Assembly: GCA_946965045.2 (NCBI GenBank)
Contig: OX337238.1
Span: 248,001 to 312,000, forward strand
Source: Epithemia pelagica
Lineage: Eukaryota > Protista > Bacillariophyta
DNA: 64,000 nucleotides
Direction of reading: 5' to 3'
Every line of letters begins with the position of its first letter. Positions within the stretch are counted from its first letter, which is position 1. Position numbers and translations under genes: made by a program. The notes beneath the pieces are model-generated. The model made no database searches, was not told the DNA's origin, and saw only the letters and a list, made by a program, of their open reading frames with translations. This document shows positions 1 through 12,474 of this stretch, piece after piece.

Positions 1-647
1 ATGAAAGCTCTTTGCGTGCGACCGATCAGCGAATGATGGAGAGGAGTTCGACCCAGGGACTAGCAATCCCTTTGTTGCCTGGTGACATGGCTCCATCAAC
101 AACAAGGGTAACCTTACGAGTCTTTGATGATGGGGGTGTTATTAGATCCATCTCTCGACCATACTGGCCGTTGCCGGCAAGGCAATGAATCCCCAGCACT
201 AAACTGGCGGAATCGACCCAATCCATAGTGTTTAGTAAAAGGAGAAACCATGCCCGGTCCATTCCAACATGTTGTGTGGTATGGTTCCATCACGACACGA
301 CAAGGTGACAAACTCTCTCTACTTGGTCCATAGAGATAAAAACACTGCCCTTGTGGAACGAATCCAGGTGTTTTAGAATTATAAAGTGTGAGGTTCATCT
401 TGGCTGTTTCGAGAAACCATACACATTAGAGAGGTGGTGGTGGTGGTAATCTTGTAGCACCCTTGTGTTACCCCACAAGGGCTGGTAAAAGTGGCCATTC
501 ACGACAGGGTCGTCGCAGAATGGGTCTTGGTGGTGGTCGTTTTTTCTGTTCTTCTTCTTCTATCGCGTCATGTTCCTTGTCCTCGTAGTAGTCTTGAGGG
601 TCCATACTATAATTTATCATATTCGTCGTCTTGAGGGTCCATACGGT

Positions 648-1640
648 TTACTTTTTTTCTTCTCCCAACTTGCCAAACATGTAGGAAAAGAGGGCACCAA
701 CCAAGAGGGATCCGGACAAGGCATTGCCAATGGCCACGGGAATCAAGTTGCGCGTCAAGGCTTGCCAGACCGTGACGGGTCCGCCACACAAGAGTCCCGC
801 GGGCAACAAGAACATGTTGGCGACGGAATGTTCAAAGCCAATGGCGACAAAGGTGGAAATGGGCAACAAGATACCAAAATACTTGCCTGTCAAATCCTTG
901 GCTTGCATACTCAGGTAGACGGCCAAGCAGACGAGCCAGTTGCAAAGCATGGCGCGGACAATAATGGGTCCCAAGGGAATGCTCGTCTTGTTAATCAACG
1001 TCTTGACGGCCAAATCGGCCGATCCGCCCGACAAGACACCGGAAAAGCGACACAAAACGGCAAAGAAACTGCAGGCAATCAAGTTGCCCAGGAACGAAAG
1101 AGCCCAGGATCGGGCCAATTTGCCGACAGTCGTTTTCTTTTCGCAGACCGCCGCCGTCATGTAGGCCGTATTGCCAGTAAACAATTGTCCGCCGGCTTGC
1201 AAGGCCAACAAGAGATTGACGGGAAACAAAATGGCAAACATGAGTTTGCTCAAACCGGGATTCAATTCGGCGACACCGCCCATGTTGCCGGAAATGGCCA
1301 AACTCAACATGCCACCCATTCCGACATAGGCACCGCCAATCATGGCCGACACGAGCGTCTTCATTTTGCTCATGTTGGAATTGGTGGCACCCTTTTTGGC
1401 CAAGATTTGAAAGGCCGCCGCCGGTGTTTCAATCATGGTGATTTTGTCGTAATCAATCTCCGGAACGACCGTGGCCGGGGCGGCAGTTGCCGAATTCGTG
1501 GAAGGAGTGGCCGAAGTCACATCGGCACTGGCCACGTGCAAGGGACGAACAAACAGGGACGATTTGGTGGCGGGGGAAAAGGCCGCAACACCACTCGACA
1601 ATGCCGCCAAGGCAATCACGGAAGCAGATTTCACAAACAT
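648..1640 (-). CDS. Formate/nitrite transporter (FNT family, NAR1-like), predicted plastid-targeted
   Basis: FNT motifs (LFTGN, GNLIAC, MLCNWLVCLAV, FVAIGFEHSVANM, NLIPVAIGN). N-terminus MFVKSASVIALAALSSGVAA|FSP is a signal peptide with Phe at +1 and a Ser/Thr/Ala-rich transit peptide. Confidence 0.93.
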   Translation of the reverse strand: MFVKSASVIALAALSSGVAAFSPATKSSLFVRPLHVASADVTSATPSTNSATAAPATVVPEIDYDKITMIETPAAAFQILAKKGATNSNMSKMKTLVSAMIGGAYVGMGGMLSLAISGNMGGVAELNPGLSKLMFAILFPVNLLLALQAGGQLFTGNTAYMTAAVCEKKTTVGKLARSWALSFLGNLIACSFFAVLCRFSGVLSGGSADLAVKTLINKTSIPLGPIIVRAMLCNWLVCLAVYLSMQAKDLTGKYFGILLPISTFVAIGFEHSVANMFLLPAGLLCGGPVTVWQALTRNLIPVAIGNALSGSLLVGALFSYMFGKLGEEKK

Positions 1641-2576
1641 GATGATGATCGAATGGAAACTATAGACGAAAAAGCCTACTTAGGGTGAGTGAGACCGAAC
1701 AACAACAAAACGACCGGAATGGGTTTGTGTGGTACGTACTAACCTTGACACGAAATGATGTCTCGAAGCGATTTCGAAGGAGATCAACTCGGTGCAGGTT
1801 TCTCTGTCGAGAGAGTCTCTTTTGCTTCTCATTGAGAAGCGATGGGGGATGGGGCGTACGACAAGACCGAGGGCGAACTCACCTTCCATCTTCCGGTACC
1901 CAACAGGTGTGTGTCAGACGGAAAGAGGGATTTTGCTTAACAATCTAGTCCTGTTATGACACGAAGACATGTCGTATTCGGATTTTGTGTTTAAGCAATG
2001 AGGCGACGTAGCCGAACCGTCCCAGTGACATCATCCATTCCAGGAGGGACACGAGGAGGTGACGTGGGTCATCTGGCCGTGACGTCACTTCAAGGCGGTC
2101 ACGAATATCCCGTCATCATGAAGTCCCGTAACATAACCATGGTCTGTCCGTATCCATTTGCCTCTCCCCGTCTGATCGTCTATCCAACAAAGCTTCTTCG
2201 CTTGCGGAAGGATGCAGCAACAGAGACTACGAGCTGTCGCATCGTCGGCCCATCTTCTCATAAATTTGACCACCAAAAGTTAAGGAAAGCACAAGGAATC
2301 TGTTGTTATGGCAGTCATTCACGAGGTACAGAAACAAGGAATGAGATGAACCGATCATGACCCACTATCGAACCAGGAGGAAAAGTTCTTATGTACCGGA
2401 CAATACCATTGATTCGAATCGATACATGCATTATAGATTAGAGTTCAAAAGTTTCTTATCAACGGCCGTGTCAACACTACTAGCGTGAAGCCTTGGTTCC
2501 CACACACACACACAGATTTCTCCGAAAAGGGGTTCCACTGGAACAAGGGCGCCGTCTTTCCAGCCAGCCACACAAC

Positions 2577-5500
2577 CTACACTTCGGCCAAGGCCTCCAG
2601 TCTTCCAATGTTGGCATTCTCAAACCTGGAATGGAATCGTTGGGCCATCATGGCGACAATTTCTTCCCCAAAACATTCCCATTGTTCCCGGTTGCTCATG
2701 GCATAATTGTAATATTCATCGCTCGAGACACCAAAGACACCACAATCCTTGAGTTTCTTGGCCAGGGGGATAATGTAAAAATCAAAGAAGCCCAATTCGC
2801 CCTTGTACCAATAATCGGCCGGATTTCGCTCGGCACGGCCGGAACGATAGGCTTCGTAGCATTCCAAAAAGAAGCGTTCGTTCCATTTTCGATAGACATG
2901 CCAATGTTGCATGGTATGGGCCACATCCGAGGCCTGGATCAAGTGCTCAATGACAATGGTGGCCTTGCGATTGACATTTTCTTGTTCGTCCCCACTGGCG
3001 TGGGGTCGTGCCTGTTCCTGTGTGCTGCTGAAAAAGGCGGTATCCTATCGTGCATTGCGCAATTCCTTGAGTTCCTTATCGACAATGTCCGTGGCCATGA
3101 CGGAATTGACCACGAGTTGTCGAAAGCGTTTGAATTCGGCTTCGGTGGAATAAATCGTGGACCGAAGCGTTTTGAAACGATTGTCCATCAGCTTGTTCCA
3201 ACAATAGTCCACCGAGTTTTGCTCGGCGGCACTCTTGTGCTTGTATTTGAGGGCCATGTCATGTCCCTCCTTGACCAGTTGCGTATTGGGTACACCCGGG
3301 TGGTCCGCATCATGAATCAAGGCCGACAGGACACAAGCAAACTGCGTCAAAGGATCAGATGTGATACCATAGGTATGGTCATGGAGCGATCGTTGCTGTT
3401 CGTTGTCCCCACCATTGGAATTGTCTTGGTAGTCCACCTCCGATGGGGCCACAATACGCGACAACAACTTGACGACCGACATGGCCACATGAGCCGAATG
3501 TTGAAAGTTGTGAAACGGATTCTCATTGTGGTAGGAATCGGCAATCTCGGTGACATAGTGCATGAGCTCATTAAAGACAGTGCCGGGAATTTCCACATTG
3601 CTGCTCGAGGAGTCCACCGCGTCTTTGGTAGAAGGAGGAGGAAGTTCAATCACTTCCACCACCTCGCCCAAAATGGTCGATTTCTGACATTTCCGAATGA
3701 CCTTGGCTTCGTCAAAGGGCACGTGAAAGCCAAAACTTCGGGTTCCCTTGTTGGCCGTTTTACGATGGCCGGCAATCTGCTTCAACAAGGAGTACAGGAC
3801 TTCGACATACCAATGAATGAGGCGTGTCGTTTTATGAGTTTCCTCCATGGACGAGGACGCCGTATCGTGTGACGACGAAACACCCGACTCGGAATAACGC
3901 TCGGAACTCGTACTGTGCGCTCCCTTTAACCAATACGTGGTCAATAGACCCTTTCCTTTGGCCTCTACGCCGTTTTCACGTTGCGTCAACCACCGTTCCT
4001 TACCCGCTGCCATGAGGAGCTTGGCCGTCTCTTCGGACACTTGAATACGATTCAATTCACTGGTACTTTGCATCCGCGATGCCGTGTCCATCGTATCACC
4101 AAACAACTGGAACCGAGATCGTTCACCACGCAACACGCCCGCAGTCACTGTTCCAATATAAGGGGATGAACGGCATGTGAGACTTTTTCCTCCTGACCCG
4201 CGAAACGCATCCGAAAACAAGACTGTATACATAAGACGAACTAACTTACCTGGTCCACTGTGCAGTCCGACACGAAGACTCAAATCTCCGGTTCCGGGAC
4301 CGAGCGATACTTCAAGTCGTCGAGTCAAGTCCAGCATGCGACTGGCACATTCTCGTGCAAATTTGGCCATGACCAGAGCATGGTCTTGTCGAGCCTCGGG
4401 GACACCACAGACGGCCACATAACAATCGCCCACAGTCTCCACCTTGAACACACGACGACGTTTGGCAATCCTGTACGATAGATACACAGAAAGAGGACAA
4501 TGCAGAATCGAAAAAGAAGAAGACGGAGCAGAAATTCAAGTGAGAACGGTCGAGCATTGGCATACCACGGCCATAGACACAGCCTCTGTACTTACATATC
4601 AAAGGCACGGTACACGTTTTCGAGGAGGGTAAACACTTGGGATGGCTCACGGACCAAACTCCAGGCGACAAATCCACAAAATATCGGCAAACATGATGGT
4701 CGTTTCGGTAAACAAGTCGGCAATGGGTTTGGACGTCAAGAGCCATTCCGTGTCGTCCATTTCGGCGGGACCAGGTTTGGAATTTTCCACCAAGTAACTT
4801 CGCAAATGCGTCTTGGTTTGCTTGAGGGGCAACGATTTGTTGTTTTGGTTCTGAGTTTCATTGGCAGCAGCATCCTTGAAGAGACGTTCTTGCACCGCTT
4901 TGGGAAAGACGGAGGACACAATGGCGCCGGACCGAACGGCGGTACTCACCATTTTCTTGTTGCGACGTTCAACTTCGACATCGTAAATCAAGAAAATGAC
5001 AAGCATAAAGAAAAAGATGGATGCCACCAAAATGGAGTAGACAAAGGGTACATTGGATTCCTTATCTTCCATGTATTGCGAGGTCGGCACGAGGATAAAC
5101 TTGTAACTGCAAAAGCCTGCAGGCCAATCGGATCTAGTGTTTCCATACAAAATTTCATCAAAGAAAATTTCCTTCTTTAGAAAGAGATAAGATTGATCAC
5201 TCAAGTCACCTTGTCCCAAGAGAATTGCCGGCTGTTGGGGAATCAATAAAGAACAGAAGAAAAACATAGAGTGAGAAATGATTTACCAAGAAAGTGCGTT
5301 TCCATTGCGTGGTTGGTGAGTTTGTACGACTTGCCTCATTTCCATCCAACGCGTAGGTATAGGAATTGTTACAGCTATTTTCAATCACCATGTGAATGCC
5401 TCGGACGCCCTCGGGTAAGATATCGACCAACATGGCATCCACAGCAAAGGTACCACCGACCAAACCACCAATGTCTGCATTCAATCGATCCTTACTGGTA

Positions 5501-6857
5501 AACACGGGGGCATAAAAGTTGCCATGCGGCTGGTGGGAGGTAATGTTTTTGTCAATGGCCTTGTCGCCCCACAAACCGGCATGGTAGGCATCGTGGGCCT
5601 CCTTGCCAATGACAAAATCAATGTTTTTGCCATAGACAATACCCATGAGTCCCAAGACCATTTCTAGAAACAAGAAGAGAGAGAAGGAAAAGAAAAAGAA
5701 TGAGAAACGGAATCACGGTGACTTTGTACGTTTCTGCTCCCGCGCAAAGTGCACGACAGCGTACATACCTCGGGTTCTCACTACAGAGGCAAGGGCGGGG
5801 GCCCATCGCCAATACATGTCAAAGAACATGGCCGTATATCCCAACGAGGGTGGCGATTGTAGCCAAATGGGCAGGGCCGGTGCCGTGGTCCTGGGTGCCC
5901 TGAGCCACGGTTTGGACCGATCCACCAAATCATAGACAAACCTATCCCGACTCGAACCAAAGGTCCAATTGGCCAACTCAGGATTCAATTGCCTGTATTC
6001 TCGGTGACTTTCCCGTTGCCACCAGCCACTTTGTTGCACGGCGTACGCATTAAACTCTTGAATGCTTTCATCCGTGGGTAAGAGCATGGTAAAGGAAATG
6101 GCCTCCAAGGCTCCACGACGACGAGCCTCACTGGCATGCAATTCCCAATTCTGGACTGTGACATTGGGAAAGGTCCAACCATGCGCTTCGGCTTGAGCTG
6201 TAATGGTCGACCCCAAATCTCGACAAGCTTGAAACATGTCTCCAAAATGGCGTGTTGTAACATCTTTGATGGAGGTGGCAATTTCTTGAAACTATAATAT
6301 AGTAGTGAAAGAAGGAACAAGAAAACATGAATAGAATACAACGGAATGAGAGGAGAGTACCGAGACAGAGAAACAAGTCCTTGTTGCCGAAAGCCAAGAG
6401 AGAGCACTCTCCCTCTTCCCCTCATCTCTGCAGATCAAGAGACCGTCATAAAGACAAGTGTACTACTTACATCCTCTTCGGTTCGATCTTGCAATTGATC
6501 ATCCAAATAATTGTACGTGGCCCAGGAGACAACCGCACCCGATCCAATGATCACCAGTGCCATGACGACCCGCCAAATACAAATGTACTTGGTTTCTCGT
6601 TTCGTGACTTGTTTCACTTCATCTTGCAATTCTTCCTGTTCTTCCTGATCTTCATCGTGCTGCTGGTGTTGTTGTTGTCCAAACAAGAAGCGGCCTTTTC
6701 CACCACTTTGAATCATAATCTTGTCCACAATCGAATCGTCCGCATCGCTGCGAAAGCTTTCCGACAGGGCATCTTCGTCTTCATCATCCAAGTCTTGATG
6801 GCCGCTGTCTTCCAAACTAAAGCGACGAAGCGTGTTGGGATTGGGAGGAAACGTCAT
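2577..6857 (-). pseudogene. Membrane guanylate/adenylate cyclase-phosphodiesterase fusion gene, disrupted (6 exons)
   Basis: Exons approx. 6857-6469, 6291-5769, 5663-5335, 5231-4596, 4470-4250, 4147-2577. Architecture: TM, sensor domain, TM, cyclase (TIMFADI, FKVETVGDCY, LRVGLHSGP|VTAGVLRG, FQLFGDT), then PDE (HNFQH, IHDADHPG, IQASDVAH). A +1 frameshift lies near 4678 and an in-frame TAG at 3045-3047. Confidence 0.85.
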
Positions 6858-7927
6858 GATGATGATGGTGACGATGATGGGGTATGCTTGATTGCTTGCT
6901 TGCTTTCAGCCGTAGATACGTTTAGTGTTGGCTGTTCGGAGGAACTGGTTCCCTGCCACGGGCGGATCCTTTTGGATTGGAGTAAGGTCTTGGCAAATAG
7001 GTTGTGTTGTTTTGGGTGCACAAGGTGTCGGGGCGAACACTGTTACGCGTTTTGACCACCCAAACGACGAGGCACAACCACAAATCAATGAGAGAATTGA
7101 AAATAGTGAACGCAAGACAAAAGATATGATTGATCGTAGTTCTCCAAAAGGCCCAAGGGGGCAAATTGGATTCTCTTTTCACAAAAGCGAACAACTCCAT
7201 CAAGAGAAGATACCAATGTCACATCAACAAGTAGTACACTCTATATTATCCAATAAGATAGTTCGGTTTAGGTAGCCTGCACCGTAGTGGTAAATCTGGG
7301 TGGAAACCATCGAATGAGACAAACATGGGGGAGACACAGACACGGGAGTCATCTGGGAGTCCAATAATCATGGGAGTCGTCCCCCATACCTAGGACCGCT
7401 TGGAAATCCGTGAAGTCCACGCACTTTGATTCAAATCAACCCAGTGCATCTTGCAACCCCAGCGATGTGAACCTCTTGGCAAGGATGCAGCTGCTCCCGC
7501 AAGATTCTCCGCGATGTTAATTGAATTAACTTGTCGTTCGAGATCCGATAAGCAAGTGTCTCATCGATACCCCCGCGGGTCGATAGATCGAGAGTCGCCT
7601 TCTTCTTGAAACTACATCTATAATAGAATAGAAGGAGAGATAGGGTCCAAAGACACCAGCATACGTATACTAGGAATCGAACCAGACAGATTGGGATTGT
7701 ATTATAGAATATAGAGTCAGAATTATGCATCCAGCCGCGGGATTTCCCATTCACAAAGTCACTTTTTGTGAATATCCATGCCACACTCTCATCCGTTCTA
7801 GTTCTATGGATCCACAAAGAGTGTGAGCGAAACAAAAAAACCATCATGGCATTTGCCTTGGTGACATGCAGACACTGTCACCTTGTTCTTGTGGTGGTGA
7901 TGGTTGTTACGGATTTCCCGTGGAATA

Positions 7928-10292
7928 CTATTGTGATTCGTCGTCGTGTTTGGTTCCGACGTTGTCACCAGTGCATACTTTGGTTCCATCGACTTGAGCG
8001 GCATGTTCCGTGGTGGGCTGTGTCACAGCAGGTGCAACAGCAGCAGATCCAGTGGGTTCATCGTCTTGCTGCTGCAAGGCTGCCGCAGGAGAGCCTTCCT
8101 CCATCGACGCCGCAGCAGCAGTCTCGACAGTCGCAATGGCCGGAGCAGCCGTCTGTTCCAGTTCGTCATCATTGTTCTGCTCCGTGTGGTGGTTATCCGA
8201 GACTGGTAATGTGGTTCCAACGATACGTTCATTGCCTCCTTCCTGTTCGGATGCAGAAGAAGGAGGAGATGCTTCCTCCGCAACGTTCACAACACCATGA
8301 TCCTCATCCTCCACGGCAGCAGCAGCAGGAGGAGAAGTCGACTCGTCGTTGTTGGGTGGCACAGTCACGGGTGTCGTGGAGGAATCGACAATGGCTGCTG
8401 CGGGTGCTACCAACGACAAATCCTCGACCGCAGCAGCATTGGAGGATTGCGGAGTCACTTCTTCCTCTTCCGACACGTTGTCGTGGGTGGCAGTGGACAT
8501 GCCCGTTTCATGGTCGTTCCCGTCGTTAGTATTGGTAGAATCCTGGTGGTGGTTGTTGTCGCCAATGGGAGGTTCCATCACGGTTGTCTCGGGTCCCTCG
8601 TTGGTCGTAGTAGTATCCGTAGGAGTAGTAGTATCTGGTTCCTGGGTGGGTGCGGCGTTTCCGGAATCGTTGTCTGGATTCGGAGTGTCGGTGGTAGTGG
8701 AAGAAGCCTCATTTGTATTCGTAGTATTCGGATTCGGATTGGTAGTAGTGGGCGGCGCATCTTCCAACGAGGCGGCAATGGCCATGGCCAATTGTTCTTC
8801 TTCCGACAAGAGTGCCATCATCCACGATCGATGCGAACGACTTGTCGACAGGAGGGAATCCGTTCCACCCGCAGCTCCACCCGCCGACACTCGGGCCCGT
8901 GCCAAGGGAAATCCGGCTCGAGCTTGTCGCGTAACAAAGTCCTGTTCCGTTTCCTCGTCTCCTTCTCCTTCGCCGGCCGCTGCTGCTGCGGCAGCTCCAT
9001 TCCGAGTGGTGGTGGTCGTCGATCCTCCTGGTTCCATGGAGGACAGCATGATTGCGGCTTCCAAGACGACGAGATCATCGAGGGATTGCACGGCCGAGCC
9101 AGCTGTTCCGGATTCAAAGGCTTGGACAATGCGATTCCAATCGCGTCGACTGCCCCTTGCAGTACGACTCCGGGCTTGGAGTTCGCGCAATTGCTGGCGT
9201 TGTTGATAGTGCGGACTATTGTTGCGATACTCGCGTTCATTCCGGAACCGTCGTTCTTCTTCTTCTTGTTGCATGCGTTGCGTCAAGGGATGATGGTGTT
9301 GGGCCTTCATTTCCGCCTCCAGGGCCTGTCGTTCGGCCGGCGTCATGGCCACGGATTGCAAGTCAGTATTGGTCAGCATTGTAGTATTGGTGGAGGAGGT
9401 ATCCACGGACAGATTGGTTCCGGCCGACGACGAGGCTCCCGACGACGATCGATGTCGCAACCGTGCGACGCGTTCATTTTGTTCCAGCGAGGCACCAAAT
9501 TCCGTATTGCGGGGTTGTGCCGACAGGGGCGGCAAGCTGCTGCTGCTGGTGGAGGAGGAGGGAGCCTGTTCCTTGTTGTTGTTGTTATTATTGCTGTGGC
9601 TCGATTGCGCCTTGATTTGGGCTTCAATGACGCGTTGTTCTTCGGTCCGTCGTTGCCGTGTCGTTTCGACCGACAATGCCGCAATCTGGACCGCCAATTT
9701 TTGATTGCAAAAGGGACAGGCCGTTGTAGTGTCTTTGGGATTGCGCACTTGCAAAAAACATTCGGTACAAATATAAGCCTGACAACACTTGGTTTGATTC
9801 AAGGCGGTATACTGCAAAAAACAAATGGGACATTCCTCACTCACGCCGTCTCCGGCAGTCGACTCTTCGGTCCCCTTGGTCCGTGCCGCCAATTTGCCAT
9901 CGCCAATCAAGCGACGAATCTGTTTGGGTTCCCAGGCACACGACGAATACAATCTAGTAGAATACAGGAGAATTAAAGAGAAACAAGAACAAAAGAACAA
10001 CAAGAGCAAGAACAACCAAATACGGAAACTATACGTGAGTCATTCTCTCTCTCTCTCTCGTTCTGTGGTTCTTCCCTTCTCTGCATAGATAGATAGATAC
10101 GTACCCACTGGGTTGACATCGAGCATCCAATTCCGCCTTGGACAAGCCCAGTGCTCCATTGTTGCGCAACAAGTGACGAATGCCTCCTCCACCACTGCTG
10201 TGATCTCGCGAATGGCCCGATGGCTGTTGCTGTTGTTGTTGCTGCTGTTGTTGTCGCACCTGTGGACCGTCGGACGAGTGATGATTTCCCAT
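7928..10292 (-). CDS. SIP5/GW2/DA2-like RING-finger protein with UIM-like motif (2 exons: 10292-10105, 9953-7928)
   Basis: MGN.. start. Spliced G|LYSSCAWEPKQIRRLIGDGKLA, then ECPICFLQY..NQTKCCQAYICTECF..CPFC. EEEQLAMAIAASL is UIM-like. Long acidic, low-complexity tail. GTACGT donor and CTAG acceptor. Confidence 0.8.
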
Positions 10293-11463
10293 AGTTGCGT
10301 GTGTTTTGGTGGTGTCGCGTTCCAAACGAAGAAGAGGGTCTTTGTTCGGTCCCCAAAAGGAGAGCAGAGGCAGAGCGACTGAGGAGGGTCACAAATACAC
10401 ACGGACAACGACGTTTGGGTGCGCGTGTGTTTCTCTCTTGCTGTTGTTCGTCCGTCACACAACAACAACACACCAAGAACGTCCCACCACAACAGAACCA
10501 CACGCTCTCTAGAGTAGGATAGAGCTTGTTGTTGTTGTTGTTGTTGGTATCGGGGTGTGTCTCTGTGTCATTGATCGACAAAGCAGAAATGACACTAAAA
10601 GTCGATCGACGGCGAACGACGACAAAAGGAACCCCCCTCGTCTTTTGCTGCTGCAGGTGATGGTATGGGGGTGATCCATCCCACATTGAAAACTCCCTCT
10701 CGACCATTTCTCGATGTGATCTTGAATTAGACTGTCAAATGTGGATCGACTCGCTGGGCATTGAGGGGGTGGAACCGAACACAAATGAAGAGAGGGGAGG
10801 AGAATTCTCGCTCGTGAGCGAGACTACTATGACTCATACAGTACACGCCAGTGACAGAGAAATATCCAAGAGAAAAGAGCCTCTTTGGTCCTCACAATTC
10901 ACAACCACAACCACAACAACTCCCACGGTGCTGGTCCCGCCGCCGCAAGAACCTTCCTGTAGTATACATTCTACTCTAGACAGGTCGTGTACTAGTAGAC
11001 GACAGGGGACAGGGAGCTTCCACAGGATCATCTATGACTCCTATCCTCTAGCTAGCGAGTAGTCCTCTGCTCAAGGTTGCAGCGAAAACTTGGAACCAGT
11101 ACCCTGTGGTGCTTCTCTCTCTCTCTCTCTCTCTCGAAATAGGAGAAAGTATAGATTGGTACATCCAAAGACTGTATATAAAGGACGGAGGAATCCCCAA
11201 CTTTTATACCGAGTCGGTTCCGTCTTTGGGGGCCTACATATACAGTATTCTTTGGACATGGACACACAACAAGAGACGAGAGAATTTCGTTCCGGCTCTC
11301 CATAGGAATCCATTCCACAAGACTCGTGTCCTCCAGAGGATCATGGCAAGTCTCATTCTTGTCCGTTCCTTTGGTTCTTTTTCAATTCTTGGTTGTTGTT
11401 GTTTGGCGATTGGTTCTTGTTGTTCCTGTCGTCGGGAGACACCGGGAGTAATAGTTGATTCTC

Positions 11464-12378
11464 TCAAAAACATGGTTCAAACTCGGTATCGTCCTTGTCA
11501 TTCTTGTTGGCACCTCGTACGGGCACACCCCCGGGGCCCGTCACGCAAATGGCCTTGGTGCGATGTGGTTTGGTGGTGGTTTCTTCATTTTCCGGATGTT
11601 GCTGCTGCTGCTGCTGCTGCAAGACTTGATATTCCACCCGTTCTCCATCGGCCAAGGATCGAAAGCCATGAGCTTGTTGAATGTCGGATTGATGCACAAA
11701 GACATCGGGTTGTCCATCTTGATCGGGCAAAATAAAGCCATATCCTTTCAAGATATTGAACCACTTGACCGTTCCGGTATAAATCACCGTGTCGTCGTCG
11801 TCGTTCTTGTGTTTGGTTGGGGGGTCGGTTCGATGGTCGTCGTCGTCCTGGTCCTCCGTGTGTGCTGCCTCGAGGATGGTATTCCTGGTGCGACTCCTGT
11901 GAATCACCCAGATGGTTCCTACGAATGGATCGTAACGCTGACACGAATGGAATGCCGAAAGCCCACGGTTCGTCGTCGTAGGGCACAGTGGGTGTCGGCA
12001 TGCTCTCATTCTCTGCCAAACACGAGGAGGAGAAGGATTGTGATTCGGACACCAGGTCGTCGTCCACCCGTACACCAAATAATAAGGCATCCTCCATCCA
12101 TGTATCATCATCAGGATGAAAAGGAACGTCTGTACCATGGCTGCTCCTTGCATTCTCTGTCGCTGTGTGTGGGGCACCATCCGATCCGCCGTTGGATCTT
12201 TCATCTCTCTCATTGTGGCAACTGTGATGGCACCCAAAAGATCTTTCCGGGTTCTCCAGGACTCAATGTCATCACCAGTCACGATCCGGTCGCGCAAAAT
12301 CCACAAGAGATGGCCCACACCGGAATGCTGCAACAACACAATGAGTTGTAGATACTGGGATGCCTCACAGGCACCCAC
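11464..12378 (-). CDS. Cold-shock domain protein (CSD at C-terminus; 5' exon structure uncertain)
   Basis: [17 protein letters not shown]...DVFVHQSDI...[12 protein letters not shown] contains the RNP1/RNP2 cold-shock signature. A probable intron starts near 12135. Confidence 0.8.
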   Translation of the reverse strand: MGACEASQYLQLIVLLQHSGVGHLLWILRDRIVTGDDIESWRTRKDLLGAITVATMREMKDPTADRMVPHTQRQRMQGAAMVQTFLFILMMIHGWRMPYYLVYGWTTTWCPNHNPSPPRVWQRMRACRHPLCPTTTNRGLSAFHSCQRYDPFVGTIWVIHRSRTRNTILEAAHTEDQDDDDHRTDPPTKHKNDDDDTVIYTGTVKWFNILKGYGFILPDQDGQPDVFVHQSDIQQAHGFRSLADGERVEYQVLQQQQQQQHPENEETTTKPHRTKAICVTGPGGVPVRGANKNDKDDTEFEPCF

Positions 12379-12474
12379 GTTCTCATCGGAATTGCATCCT
12401 TCTAGTGGTTCTAGACTAGCAAACGTTTTGTGGAGCGGTTACTAATATATAGATAGATAGCACTATTCTTCTTG

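Noticed and set aside
1-400. Short minus-strand ORFs 114-398 and 26-262
   Set aside because: No recognisable motif or consistent splice model; may be a remnant or a gene running off the window.
570-1688. 372-aa plus-strand ORF
   Set aside because: Antisense shadow of the FNT gene.
2493-3872. 459-aa plus-strand ORF
   Set aside because: Antisense shadow of the PDE domain.
8297-9976. 559-aa and 285-aa plus-strand ORFs
   Set aside because: Antisense to the low-complexity RING gene.
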